DNA of 64,000 bases, taken from positions 1,664,001 through 1,728,000 of the forward strand of contig OZ251997.1 in the NCBI GenBank assembly GCA_965247095.1, given 5' to 3'. Within the stretch, counting starts at the first letter, position 1; every line of letters starts with the position of its first letter. The notes below the pieces were generated by a model. That model searched no databases and was not told the origin of the DNA. It saw nothing but the letters and a program-made list of their open reading frames with translations. Below, piece by piece: positions 32,602 to 42,460 of this stretch. The stretch comes from Candidatus Multivorans sp. Lineage in GTDB: Bacteria > Acidobacteriota > Thermoanaerobaculia > Multivoradales > Multivoraceae. Position numbers and translations under genes: made by a program.

Positions 32602-34608
32602 ATGCTCAAGAGGATGCGTTATCGGGGTCTGCAGTTCCTGCGTATCGGGCTGACAATGACCTTCGTGGCTGTGCCCGCGACTTCGGCGCAGCAGCCCACG
32701 GACACCGACTGGGCGGTCACAACCGGCAACAACGCGAGCCAGCGGTACGCCGCGCTCGAGCAGATCGATCACGAGAACTTCGCCGAGCTCGAGGTCGCCT
32801 GGCGATGGTCGTCGCCGGACAATGAGTTGATGACCGGAGATGGCGGGCAGGGCGGGCGGCCGACGACGCCGCGGAACCATGAAGCGATCCCGATCAAGGT
32901 CGGCGCCCGGCTCTATGTGACGACCGGCTACGGCCAGATCGCGGCGGTCGACGTGGAGCAGGGCACGAGCCTGTGGACCTACGATCCGCAGGCCTACCTC
33001 CAGGGCCGTCCGGCGAACCTCGGCTTCGTCCACCGCGGAGCGACCTACTGGGACGACCCCGACCTTCCAGGTGACGGGGGCCGCCTGCTTTGGGCCGGGG
33101 GCGACTCGTTCCTGCGCGCGGTGGACACCCTGAGCGGCGAACCGATCGAGTCCTTCGGCGACGGCGGCGGTGTCGACCTCACCCTGGGCTTGCGCCGCGA
33201 GGTGGCGCGCAGGGTCTACAGCGTCAGTTCGCCGGTCACCCTGTGCCGCGATGTCGTCATCGGCGGCTCGTCCGTCTCGGACGGTCCTCGCGCGCCCGAG
33301 GCGCCGCCGGGCGACGTGCGCGGATTCGATGTCCGCACCGGCGAGCAACTCTGGACCTTCCACTCGATCCCGCGGGAGGGCGAACCCGGCCGTGATACCT
33401 GGAAGAAGGGTTCGTGGAAGGTCAGCGGCAACACGAACGTGTGGACGCTGATGAGCGCCGACCCGGAGCTCGGCCTCGCCTATCTGCCGTTCGGCACGCC
33501 GACCAACGACTGGTACGGCGGACACCGCCTCGGCGACAACCTCTACGCCGAATCGCTGGTCGCGGTCGACTGCGAGACCGGGGAGCGGCGCTGGCACTTC
33601 CAGATGGTCCACCACGGCCTGTGGGACTACGACCTGCCGACCCCCGCCATCCTCGGCGACATCGAGGTCGAAGGCACGACGATCCGCGCCGCGATGCAGC
33701 TCTCCAAGCAGGGCTTCCTCTACGTGTTCGACGCCCGTAGCGGTGAGCCCGTGTGGCCGATCCTGGAGCGCGAAGTGCCCCAGACGGGCATCGTCGGCGA
33801 GCGCACTTCGCCGACCCAGCCCTTCCCCACCAAGCCGCCGGCCTTCGACCGCCAGGGCATCGGTCCGGACGATCTGATCGACTTCACGCCGCAGCTCCGC
33901 AGCGAGGCGCGGGCCATCCTCTCCCGGTACCAGTACGGCCCGATATTCACGCCGCCTACGGAACGCGGCACGTTCCTGATGCCCGGCTACGGCGGCGGCG
34001 CGAGCTGGCCTGGAGGCGCTTTCGACCCGGAGACCGGCATGCTCTACGTGCCGTCCTTCACCTGGCCCGTGGTCAATACGCTCCGTGAGCCGGACGCGAG
34101 CCGCTCATCCTTCGACTATGTCGGCCGCATCAACAGCGATGTCCGGGGCCCACGCGACCTGCCCCTGGTCAAGCCGCCCTACTCCAGGGTCACGGCCTAC
34201 GACATGAGCCGCGGCGAGATCGCATGGACCGTGCCCCTGGGCTACGGGCCGCGCCGCCATCCGGCGCTCGCCGGCCTCGACCTGCCTGCCCTGGGCGCCG
34301 GCGCCCGTGGCCACATCCTGGCGACCAAGAGTCTGCTGCTCGTGAACTCCGGCCGCTCGCTGGCCTTTCGCGCGATCGACCAGGAAGCGGTCGCGGAAGG
34401 CGCCACCCGCGAGGACTGGCGGGTGGAAACCCCGGCGCTGCGCGCGTTCGACAAGGCGACCGGCGAACTCGTCGGCGAGATCGAGCTGCCCGCGCACACC
34501 GACGGCAGTCCCATCACCTTCCTCCATCGCGGCCGGCAGTACCTGGTGTTCGCGCTCGGCGGACGCGGCGCGACGTTCGAGCTGATCGCCTACCGGCTGC
34601 CGGCCTGA
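32602..34608 (+). CDS. PQQ-dependent dehydrogenase, glucose/quinate dehydrogenase-like, soluble
   Basis: PPGDVRGFDVRTG, GDNLYAESLVA, HHGLWDYDLP, PTQPFP, KPPYSR. Confidence 0.9.
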   Translation: MLKRMRYRGLQFLRIGLTMTFVAVPATSAQQPTDTDWAVTTGNNASQRYAALEQIDHENFAELEVAWRWSSPDNELMTGDGGQGGRPTTPRNHEAIPIKVGARLYVTTGYGQIAAVDVEQGTSLWTYDPQAYLQGRPANLGFVHRGATYWDDPDLPGDGGRLLWAGGDSFLRAVDTLSGEPIESFGDGGGVDLTLGLRREVARRVYSVSSPVTLCRDVVIGGSSVSDGPRAPEAPPGDVRGFDVRTGEQLWTFHSIPREGEPGRDTWKKGSWKVSGNTNVWTLMSADPELGLAYLPFGTPTNDWYGGHRLGDNLYAESLVAVDCETGERRWHFQMVHHGLWDYDLPTPAILGDIEVEGTTIRAAMQLSKQGFLYVFDARSGEPVWPILEREVPQTGIVGERTSPTQPFPTKPPAFDRQGIGPDDLIDFTPQLRSEARAILSRYQYGPIFTPPTERGTFLMPGYGGGASWPGGAFDPETGMLYVPSFTWPVVNTLREPDASRSSFDYVGRINSDVRGPRDLPLVKPPYSRVTAYDMSRGEIAWTVPLGYGPRRHPALAGLDLPALGAGARGHILATKSLLLVNSGRSLAFRAIDQEAVAEGATREDWRVETPALRAFDKATGELVGEIELPAHTDGSPITFLHRGRQYLVFALGGRGATFELIAYRLPA

Positions 34609-34687
34609 CCCGCGCAGGCGACTTGGCGGCGCCTCCGGGCAGACCGCATCGCGGACACAGAAGAAACGAAGCAAGAGGAGCAGCAAG

Positions 34688-36613
34688 ATGAGAACCGACA
34701 AGCACCTCCACCGGTCCGCCCTGGGCCTGGTCATGGCCGCAGTCCTCGTCTCCGGCGCCGGGTGCGCGCCGGGCGGCGATCCGTCCTCGACGGACGGCGA
34801 GACGACGAGCGGTTTCGGCGCCTACGCTCGCGAAGCGACCTACGACGGCGCCAACCGCTACTCCGTCTACGTCCCGATGCCCGACGGCGTCCGCGTCTCG
34901 GTCGACTACTTCATCCCCACGGCCGGCGGTGCGGAGGCTTCGGAACCGCTGCCGACCATCCTCCACTACACGCGCTACACCCGCGCCTTCCTGATCGAGG
35001 ACGAGAACGGGGAGCCCCAGCTCTCCGCCACGGGCGAGCGGGATCCAGTCCTCCAGCACATGCTGCACCGCGGCTACACGGTCGTCGTGGCCGACGCCCG
35101 CGGCACCGGCGCCTCCTTCGGCGTCCACAACGGCGCTTTCTCCATCGAGGAGACCGCGGACTCGTTCCACATCATCGAGTGGATCGCGGCGCAGCCCTGG
35201 TCGGACGGCAACGTCGGCATGCACGGGCGCTCCTATCCCGGCATGACCCAATACCAGGCAGCGACCCAGGCGCCGCCGGCGCTCAAGGCGATCTTCGCCG
35301 AGATGGCCGGGCCGACCCCCTACGACTTCGTGTTCCGCGGCGGCACCTACAAGAACGAGTTCATCGACACCTGGGGCTCGGGCACCAGGCAGGCCGATCT
35401 CTCGACGGCGCCCGCCCCGGTCGACGACGACGCCTCTGGCGCCATGCGCGACGCGGCAGTGGCCGAGCACGCCGCCAACATCTGGGCGCAGGACCTGGTC
35501 GGCACCGACGCCGCGGCGCTCCGCGACTGGGCCTACGAGGCGGAGAACGCGCGTGCGGACTGGGACACCACCGGCACGATCGACGATCTGGAAGCGATCG
35601 ACGCCTCGGGGATCGCGGTCTACCACCTGGTCGGCTGGTACGACATCTACACCTCGCAACAGCCGATGCTCTACGCCAGCCTCGATTCGGCGCCGCAGAA
35701 GATGATGATCGGCCCCTGGGTCCATAGCGGCGGCTACGGCGGCGACGTGCACAAGGCCGAGTTCCTGCGCTGGTACGACCACTGGCTCAAGGGGATCGAG
35801 AACGGGGTCATGGACGAACCGCCGGTCCACTACTACGTCGTGGAGGGCAACCACACCCTGCCGGAGGACCCCGAAGTCACCGCGAGTCTGGACGAGGAAC
35901 GCTCCGAGGAAGGTTCGACCTGGATCGGCACGGATGTCTGGCCGCCGGCCGGGCTGACCGCCCAGCGCTTCGAACTCGCCGCCGGCGGCCTGCTGGGCGA
36001 CTCCGCCGGCAACTCCGGCCAGGACGAGTACACCGTCGACTACACGTCGGCCATGGGCTCTTTCTCCCGCTGGATGAACGGCCACGGTTCCCGACGTCAG
36101 GACCTCCGTGGTACGACCTTCTTCGACGAGCGATCGGCCGAGAACGAGAAGGCGCTCACGTACACCACCGAACCGATGGCGGAGTCGATGACGATCGTCG
36201 GCTATCCGGTGCTCCACCTCACCGTCACCTCCACCCACGACGACGGCGACGTCTTCGTGTACCTGGAGGAGATCGACGCGGACGGCCGCTCGCACTACGT
36301 CACCGAAGGCGCCCTGCGCGCGTCCTACCGCGCCGTCGGCGAGGCCCCCTGGGAGGACTTCGGCCTCCCCTTTCACCGCGGCAACGCGGAAGACCTCGAG
36401 CCGCTGTCCGGCGGGCCCGCCGAACTCCTGATCGACCTGATGGGGACGGCCATCACGATCGACGAAGGCCACCGGCTGCGCCTGACCATCGCCGGCGCCG
36501 ATGCCGCGAACCACGCGCTGTATCCGGACCCCGAAGGCGCCGACGCGCCGACGATCTCGGTCCACCGGGGCGGCGAGAGTGGCTCGTGGCTCGAGGTGCC
36601 GGTGGCGCCTTAG
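34688..36613 (+). CDS. CocE/NonD (S15) family serine hydrolase, probable lipoprotein
   Basis: DARGTGASFG, WSDGNVG, GRSYPG nucleophile, GWYD, GPWVH. Confidence 0.9.
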   Translation: MRTDKHLHRSALGLVMAAVLVSGAGCAPGGDPSSTDGETTSGFGAYAREATYDGANRYSVYVPMPDGVRVSVDYFIPTAGGAEASEPLPTILHYTRYTRAFLIEDENGEPQLSATGERDPVLQHMLHRGYTVVVADARGTGASFGVHNGAFSIEETADSFHIIEWIAAQPWSDGNVGMHGRSYPGMTQYQAATQAPPALKAIFAEMAGPTPYDFVFRGGTYKNEFIDTWGSGTRQADLSTAPAPVDDDASGAMRDAAVAEHAANIWAQDLVGTDAAALRDWAYEAENARADWDTTGTIDDLEAIDASGIAVYHLVGWYDIYTSQQPMLYASLDSAPQKMMIGPWVHSGGYGGDVHKAEFLRWYDHWLKGIENGVMDEPPVHYYVVEGNHTLPEDPEVTASLDEERSEEGSTWIGTDVWPPAGLTAQRFELAAGGLLGDSAGNSGQDEYTVDYTSAMGSFSRWMNGHGSRRQDLRGTTFFDERSAENEKALTYTTEPMAESMTIVGYPVLHLTVTSTHDDGDVFVYLEEIDADGRSHYVTEGALRASYRAVGEAPWEDFGLPFHRGNAEDLEPLSGGPAELLIDLMGTAITIDEGHRLRLTIAGADAANHALYPDPEGADAPTISVHRGGESGSWLEVPVAP

Positions 36614-36743
36614 ACTCCTGAGCCAACCTCATCAGCTTTCGCGGGCTGAAACAGCCCCCCTTCTGGGGTGCCAACTCCTGTTTTGAGGCGCAAAACGGAA
36701 TCTTGATGGACAGAATGCAGGATCGCGGCTACGCTCTCTGCCG

Positions 36744-37913
36744 ATGTTCGACCGCTTCTACCGCCCCCCATCGGCGTCGAGCTACTTCCTCTTCGGCCCC
36801 CGCGGCACCGGCAAGTCGACCTGGTTGCAGCAGCACTATCCAGAGGCCCTCTTCGTCGATCTGATCGACCCGGAGGAGGAGCGGTACTACGGAGCGGCTC
36901 CTGAACGCCTGCGGGACACGGTAGCTGCGAACCCGGCGAGACGGCCGGTCGTCATCGACGAGGTCCAACGGGTACCGCAGCTTCTCCAGGTCGTGCACCA
37001 ACTGATCGAGCGCGACAAGACCCTTCGCTTCGTGCTCACCGGCTCCAGTGCCCGAAAACTCCGGCGTACGGGTGTGGATCTGCTGGCGGGTCGTGCCCTC
37101 CTCACCACGATGCACCCCTTCATGGCGGCTGAGCTCGGCACTGCCTTCAGCCTTGGCAGGGCTCTGGAGCTGGGCCTGATTCCACTGGTCGTGGACGCGC
37201 CCGAGCCCGAAGCGGCTCTCCGCACCTACGCGGGCATCTACGTCCGCGAGGAAGTGCAGGCCGAAGGTCTGCTGAGAAACGTCGGTGCATTCGCCCGCTT
37301 CCTCGAGGCCGCGAGCTTCAGCCACGCATCGGTCCTGAACGTCTCCAACCTGGCCCGCGAATGCCAGGTCGAACGGAAGGTCACGACGAGCTACCTGTCC
37401 GTGCTGGAGGACCTCCTCCTTGCGTTCACGCTTCCGGTCTTCAGACGACGGGCTCGGAGGCGGTTGACGGTTCACCCGAAGCTCTACTTCGTTGATGCCG
37501 GCGTGTTCCGTTCGCTCCGCCCAAAGGGGCCGTTCGACCGCGCCGACGAACTGGCTGGACCGGCGCTTGAAGGTCTCGTGGCGCAGCATCTTCGAGCATG
37601 GATCGCCTACTCAGGACGCGACGACGCCCTGTTCTTTTGGCGCACCAGATCCGGCAGCGAAGTCGACTTCGTCCTCTACGGCGAAAGCGGGCTGTTCGCG
37701 ATCGAGGTCAAGAACCGCAGCACAATCCATCCCCGCGACTTCAGGGGACTCAAAGCCTTCGTCGAGGACTATCCGGAAGCGACCCCCGTCCTCCTGTACG
37801 GCGGACCGCGGACGCTCCGGCGCGGCGTTCTTTGCTTGCCTTGCGAGGGATTCCTGCGGCGCTTGGCGCCGGAGCTGTCCCTGGAAGCAGCGCTACAAAC
37901 AACTTCCGTTTGA
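36744..37913 (+). CDS. AAA+ ATPase with DUF4143-type C-terminal domain
   Basis: GPRGTGKS, IDEVQ, LTGSS, PKLYFVDAG, EVDF..IEVK. Confidence 0.9.
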   Translation: MFDRFYRPPSASSYFLFGPRGTGKSTWLQQHYPEALFVDLIDPEEERYYGAAPERLRDTVAANPARRPVVIDEVQRVPQLLQVVHQLIERDKTLRFVLTGSSARKLRRTGVDLLAGRALLTTMHPFMAAELGTAFSLGRALELGLIPLVVDAPEPEAALRTYAGIYVREEVQAEGLLRNVGAFARFLEAASFSHASVLNVSNLARECQVERKVTTSYLSVLEDLLLAFTLPVFRRRARRRLTVHPKLYFVDAGVFRSLRPKGPFDRADELAGPALEGLVAQHLRAWIAYSGRDDALFFWRTRSGSEVDFVLYGESGLFAIEVKNRSTIHPRDFRGLKAFVEDYPEATPVLLYGGPRTLRRGVLCLPCEGFLRRLAPELSLEAALQTTSV

Positions 37914-37939
37914 CTCGTTCTCCGATCGGCCCCGGCCGT

Positions 37940-38422
37940 TCACGGGAACAGACGCCGGTCCCACCAGACGCGCGTCTCCAGCCCGACCTCGACCGGCAGG
38001 CCCTCGTAGTCGGGATGGCGCGTGTTGATGACCACGTTGTTCTCCGTGCGCGCCACGACGGAGGGCACGAGGAGGATCACGCTCCGGCGTTCCAGGTACC
38101 AGTCCCGGCCGAAGCGTTGCGACGCTGCGCGGTTCGGCCGATGCCAGCCGGGCAGGACGTCGGCCGCGACGACCTCGTAGCTGGTTCCCGCGGGCATGAC
38201 GATTTCCACGAAGTGCTGGTTCGGGGGGACGCGCCCGGGCCAGCCGACCAGCATCTCCAGCATGGCCGTCGAGTAGTTCCGCGAGGCGTAGATCACCTCG
38301 GCGCCGGCCTCGTGCCACCTGCCGGAAGCGCGTCCGGCGCCTTCCGCGCTCCACACCGGGAACCTCCCGTCGGCGTCGCCGATGCGATACGCCCGCATCG
38401 GCGACGCAAGCCGCCGCACCAT
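37940..38422 (-). CDS. RES-domain toxin
   Basis: GRW, IYAS, AMLE, LLVPSVV, NVVIN..HP. Confidence 0.88.
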   Translation of the reverse strand: MVRRLASPMRAYRIGDADGRFPVWSAEGAGRASGRWHEAGAEVIYASRNYSTAMLEMLVGWPGRVPPNQHFVEIVMPAGTSYEVVAADVLPGWHRPNRAASQRFGRDWYLERRSVILLVPSVVARTENNVVINTRHPDYEGLPVEVGLETRVWWDRRLFP

Positions 38423-38907
38423 CAGACGGGAAAGCCGGCCTCGGCCTGATGAATCACATCGAGCACCGCCCGCGCGCCGGCGGAACTCGAGCAGGCGACA
38501 TCGAGCGGCCTCTCGCCATCCAGCAGAGCATGCCGCGACGTCAGGTAGGCCTCGATTCCCTCCCGGTCCCCGTGGTACACCCGGCTCAGCGCATTGACGA
38601 CGCGGCTGAGCTCGTAGAGCCGCTCGCTCATCTCCCTCGACAGGGGCTTGCCTGCGTTGCGGGCACGCCGCAGCGTGGCCTCGGGGATCACCGGTCCTAC
38701 GATGTTCCTGGCGCCCAGAATCTCCGTCAGCACAGACACCGCGTCCGTGGGCAGGCCGCGGCCAACCCGGCGCGCGAGTTCCAGGTTGCTCAGGACTTCG
38801 GCATCCTCGATCCCGAGGAGCGTTCCCAGACAGGCAGCCTCGGTTACCGGCAGGTCGGCCGAGTTGGCGTAGGTCTCAAGTACGGCGGAGGCATCGGCTT
38901 TCGTCAT
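38422..38907 (-). CDS. Xre/MbcA/ParS-type antitoxin
   Basis: GLP..ATLRR..LSREMSERL, LDGERPLD; coupled upstream of the RES gene. Confidence 0.88.
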   Translation of the reverse strand: MTKADASAVLETYANSADLPVTEAACLGTLLGIEDAEVLSNLELARRVGRGLPTDAVSVLTEILGARNIVGPVIPEATLRRARNAGKPLSREMSERLYELSRVVNALSRVYHGDREGIEAYLTSRHALLDGERPLDVACSSSAGARAVLDVIHQAEAGFPV

Positions 38908-39048
38908 TTGACGACGATACGGCAGTCATTTGACGGACGTCAAGGGCTGGTCCTTCCCCGCGCGCCGCGACGGACTACGCGCCAGCGATCTCCCGCGACC
39001 GGACCTTGCGGCTAGCGCGGCAGAACTGCCGGAGGCCGGCGCTTCGCG

Positions 39049-39080
39049 CCGGATGCGGGCAGGATGCCCGCGTTCCCAGG
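39049..39080 (+). repeat. REP-like palindrome, copy B
   Basis: CCGGATGCGGGCAGGATGCCCGCGTTCCCAGG. Confidence 0.7.
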
Positions 39081-39089
39081 TCAGATCGT

Positions 39090-39872
39090 TCAACCGCGCA
39101 AGCTCCTAGCGGTGGGGTCCGCTCCAGCCAGCACCAGGGTCCACATGCGACGGATTTCGGCACCGTTCAAACCGTCGGCATCGCACGTGATCGCGTACCA
39201 GCCAACGAGGGTTGCCGTTGCGCCCGCATCGCGGCCGAGAGTCGCCCGGAGCAGCAACTCACCGCGGCGATCGGTTCCCTCGGCGCTGTCGCGCCGCTCC
39301 AGCTCGACATCCGAGAACCCGAGCACGCGCCGGTGGACCGGAAACAGGGCCTTGTACGCGCTCTCCTTGGCCGAGAACGCCAGCGTGAACATCTCCGCCT
39401 CGGTCAAGCCGCCGAACTTCCCGTGACGGAGCTCCATCTCCCCGTCGGTGAGCACGCGCCCGCCGAGACGCGTAGCCTGCTGCGGAGAAACGACACGCTC
39501 CACGTCGACGCCGAGACCCCGGTAGCGGCTCGCGGCGGCGACAGCGGCGAAGCCGTAGCCGGCGCCGTGCGAGATCGAACCGACTACACCCTCCGGCCAC
39601 AAGGGGACATCGTCGTCGTCCGCTTCGAGGTTGCCGTTCGAAGCAGCGGCGCCGAGGAGGTCCACCAAGGCAAGCCGGGCGCTGATGCGACCCGCCAGAT
39701 ACTCCTGCCGGCGCTTGTCGATGGCGCCTTCGAGGGCGCCCGGCAACTCGATCGCCGCGCCCCGGGCCGTGTCCATCAGATTCTCCAACCGGCCGATCCT
39801 GTGCGCCGCCGCGCTGATGTCAGGAGGAAGGTGGCGAACCAGGCTTGCAGGGATTCCCGCGGCCGCGCTCAC
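39090..39872 (-). CDS. 4'-phosphopantetheinyl transferase (EntD/Sfp-like)
   Basis: KRRQEYLAGR, PLWPEGVVGSISH, GVDVE, FSAKESAYKA. Confidence 0.9.
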   Translation of the reverse strand: MSAAAGIPASLVRHLPPDISAAAHRIGRLENLMDTARGAAIELPGALEGAIDKRRQEYLAGRISARLALVDLLGAAASNGNLEADDDDVPLWPEGVVGSISHGAGYGFAAVAAASRYRGLGVDVERVVSPQQATRLGGRVLTDGEMELRHGKFGGLTEAEMFTLAFSAKESAYKALFPVHRRVLGFSDVELERRDSAEGTDRRGELLLRATLGRDAGATATLVGWYAITCDADGLNGAEIRRMWTLVLAGADPTARSLRG

Positions 39873-40357
39873 GCCAGGAAGTAGCGCCGTTGCTCCGGCG
39901 TCGGCACGGGGCACTCGGCCAACCGCGGCCCGACCCGATGGCGGTTCCGCGCCACCAACCGGTAGCCCCAATCCAGAACCAGCCGGGGCGCCATCCACGG
40001 GAGTAACGCGAGCCAGCGCTCCGGTCCCCGCAACTGGGACGCCAGCCAGATCACCGCCTCGCTGCGCACCCGGATCTCGCCCAGCGGATACCCGGTTGAA
40101 GAAGCGGCGTCGGCCGCGCCGGCGGCCGCCGTGCCGGACGCGGAGGGCAAGCTCTGGATCACCATGCTGTCGAGGCCGGCGAGGTCAGGCCGTATCTCGG
40201 TCAGGCGCTCGAACAACTCACCGTCCTGCGGCGCGAAGCGGACCCCCGACGGCACGCCCCGAGCCAGACACCGCGCAACCGACCAGTTGCAAAGAGCGCA
40301 GTCACCGTCGTAGTAGACGATGACCCTGGCTGGCCAAGGCTCGCGACGCTTGTCCAT
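39869..40357 (-). CDS. DCC1-like thiol-disulfide oxidoreductase (DUF393)
   Basis: YDGDCALC, YRLVARNR, C-terminal CPVP. Confidence 0.85.
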   Translation of the reverse strand: MDKRREPWPARVIVYYDGDCALCNWSVARCLARGVPSGVRFAPQDGELFERLTEIRPDLAGLDSMVIQSLPSASGTAAAGAADAASSTGYPLGEIRVRSEAVIWLASQLRGPERWLALLPWMAPRLVLDWGYRLVARNRHRVGPRLAECPVPTPEQRRYFLA

Positions 40358-40363
40358 GGCCCT

Positions 40364-42061
40364 TCATTCTACGTTCGCGGCGTCACCCGCGTTCCCGGCC
40401 GCGGCCGTGCCGCGGTTCGCGGCCGCCCCCGGCAGCAGAGGCGTAGCACGCCCCATCACTCCCTCGGCTCGCTCGACGAGCCGGTCCAGGCCCGCCCGCG
40501 TCCGCGCGCTGACCGCGATCGCTTCGAGCCGATCCGCCAGCAGTCCGGCGCGCTCCTCGGTCACCAGATCGCACTTGTTCAGCACCACCAGAAGCGGCTT
40601 CGAGTTGAGCGACAGTTCGTCGATCAGCCCTTCCACCGCCTTCACCTTCGAACGCCAGGCCGTGTCGGAGGCATCCACCACGTGCAGCAGCAGATCAGCG
40701 TCGCCGAGCTCCTCCAGGGTGGCGCGGAACGCCCGCACCAGGTCGGGCGGGAGTTCGGCGATGAAACCAACCGTGTCGGTGATCACCACCTCGCCTTCCC
40801 TCGGAAAGCGAATCCGTCGGCTCGTCGGGTCGAGCGTCACGAACAGTTGCGAGGCAGTCTCCACCGAGCTCCGGGTCATCGCGTTGAGAAGCGTGCTCTT
40901 GCCGGCGTTCGTGTAGCCGATCAGGGACAGCACCGGCACCCGACGGTCGCGGCGCCGGCGCCGCGCCACGTCCCGCTGCCTCGACAGCCGCTCGACCTGC
41001 TTCTCGAGCTTGCGGATCCGGTCGCGAATACGCCGGCGCCCCACTTCGAGCACCGTTTCGCCCGGCCCGCGGCCACCGATGCCTCCTGTGAGCCGGGACA
41101 GGCCCTCGTCCTTCTCGGTCAGCCGCGGCAGGGAGTAGCGCAACTGGGCCAACTCGACCTGCAGCTTGCCGTCTCGGGAGCGGGCGTGCTGCGCGAACAC
41201 GTCAAGGATCAGTTGGGTGCGGTCGATCGCCTTGAGGCCGGTCGCGTCCTCGAACGCGCGGGCCTGCGCGGGCTTCAGATCGATGTCGAAGATCGCCACT
41301 TCGGCGCCGGCGCGCATGCTCTGCAGCACGATCTCGGTCAGCTTGCCGCGCCCCACGACGGTCCGCGGGTGAACACGTGACCGGCGCTGGCGCATGACGC
41401 CCGCCACTTCGACACCCGCCGAGCGTACGAGCTCGACAGTCTCCCGAAAGTGATCGGCGTCCGGCCGGACGCCGATCACGAGCGCGCGTTCCCGCTCCGC
41501 CTCGCGTCCGCTGCGCCGCCGGCCCATCTCCCGTTCGACCGCCCGAATGGTTGCCGCGAAGTCGAGTTCCAGCTCGTAGACCTGCGGCGCCTCCACGCGC
41601 AGAAAGGGCGTGGTCTCCGCGGCGCCGTCCGCTGCCGGCTCGGGCGCCAGGTACGCGACTTCGATACCGCCCGCCGAGCCGTCCTCCAGAGCCTGCACCA
41701 CCGCCACCATGTCCAGTCGCAGCAGCGCCAGGTCGTTGAGGTCGTCGGCTGTCAGGCTCTCGCCGCGCAGGTGGGTATGCACGAGGCGCAGTCGGCGGAA
41801 ACGCCCCGGACCGCCCCGCAGGCGGCCGATATCGGGAATCTCGAGCTGCCTGGCGTCGCCGACCATCACCCTGCTGACCGCGCCGTCCCGGGTCAGCAGC
41901 ACACCGACCTGACGTCCGATCTCACGCGAGAGCGCGCACAGGTGACGAGCCAGTTCGGTCGAGACCACCTGGTCCGGTCGCACCTTCCGCCGATAGGTCC
42001 GTTCGAGCGCGCCGCGCTGTGCCGCCTTGAGCCCGCGGACGTCGCCGTGCAGTGGTCTCAT
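40364..42061 (-). CDS. hflX: GTPase HflX, long form with N-terminal extension
   Basis: DRTQLILDVFA, QVELAQL, GYTNAGKS, DTVGF, NKCD. Confidence 0.95.
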   Translation of the reverse strand: MRPLHGDVRGLKAAQRGALERTYRRKVRPDQVVSTELARHLCALSREIGRQVGVLLTRDGAVSRVMVGDARQLEIPDIGRLRGGPGRFRRLRLVHTHLRGESLTADDLNDLALLRLDMVAVVQALEDGSAGGIEVAYLAPEPAADGAAETTPFLRVEAPQVYELELDFAATIRAVEREMGRRRSGREAERERALVIGVRPDADHFRETVELVRSAGVEVAGVMRQRRSRVHPRTVVGRGKLTEIVLQSMRAGAEVAIFDIDLKPAQARAFEDATGLKAIDRTQLILDVFAQHARSRDGKLQVELAQLRYSLPRLTEKDEGLSRLTGGIGGRGPGETVLEVGRRRIRDRIRKLEKQVERLSRQRDVARRRRRDRRVPVLSLIGYTNAGKSTLLNAMTRSSVETASQLFVTLDPTSRRIRFPREGEVVITDTVGFIAELPPDLVRAFRATLEELGDADLLLHVVDASDTAWRSKVKAVEGLIDELSLNSKPLLVVLNKCDLVTEERAGLLADRLEAIAVSARTRAGLDRLVERAEGVMGRATPLLPGAAANRGTAAAGNAGDAANVE

Positions 42062-42460
42062 CTAAGGCCAGTCGGTGGGTTTCGGTCGCAAAGTCAAGAA
42101 ACTGCTATCCTTGCCGCCTCGGCGGTGACGCTGGCCCCACTCGGCAAGCGTCGCGTAACTCGACAGCACGAGTCAGCGCTTGGCTTCAGCCTTTGTCCTC
42201 TAGACAGTCCGTCCATTCTCGGACGACTCACGTCGCTTGAGGGCCAACTGAACAGCCCGTGGTGCATTCAAGGCTACACCCGCCGCCCGAAATGACGCTC
42301 CGGTACGAAAACCGACTCGCGCAGGTGGAACTGCAGCGAACGCAGGGCAGCCGCCCAGCGGGTTCCGTTCATGGAATCCCGTCGCGGCCTGGTGCCCGCG
42401 CAACCGGAGACGTCCACACCGATTCAACCGACGGCGCACTCGCCGTCACCTGGAGATTTT

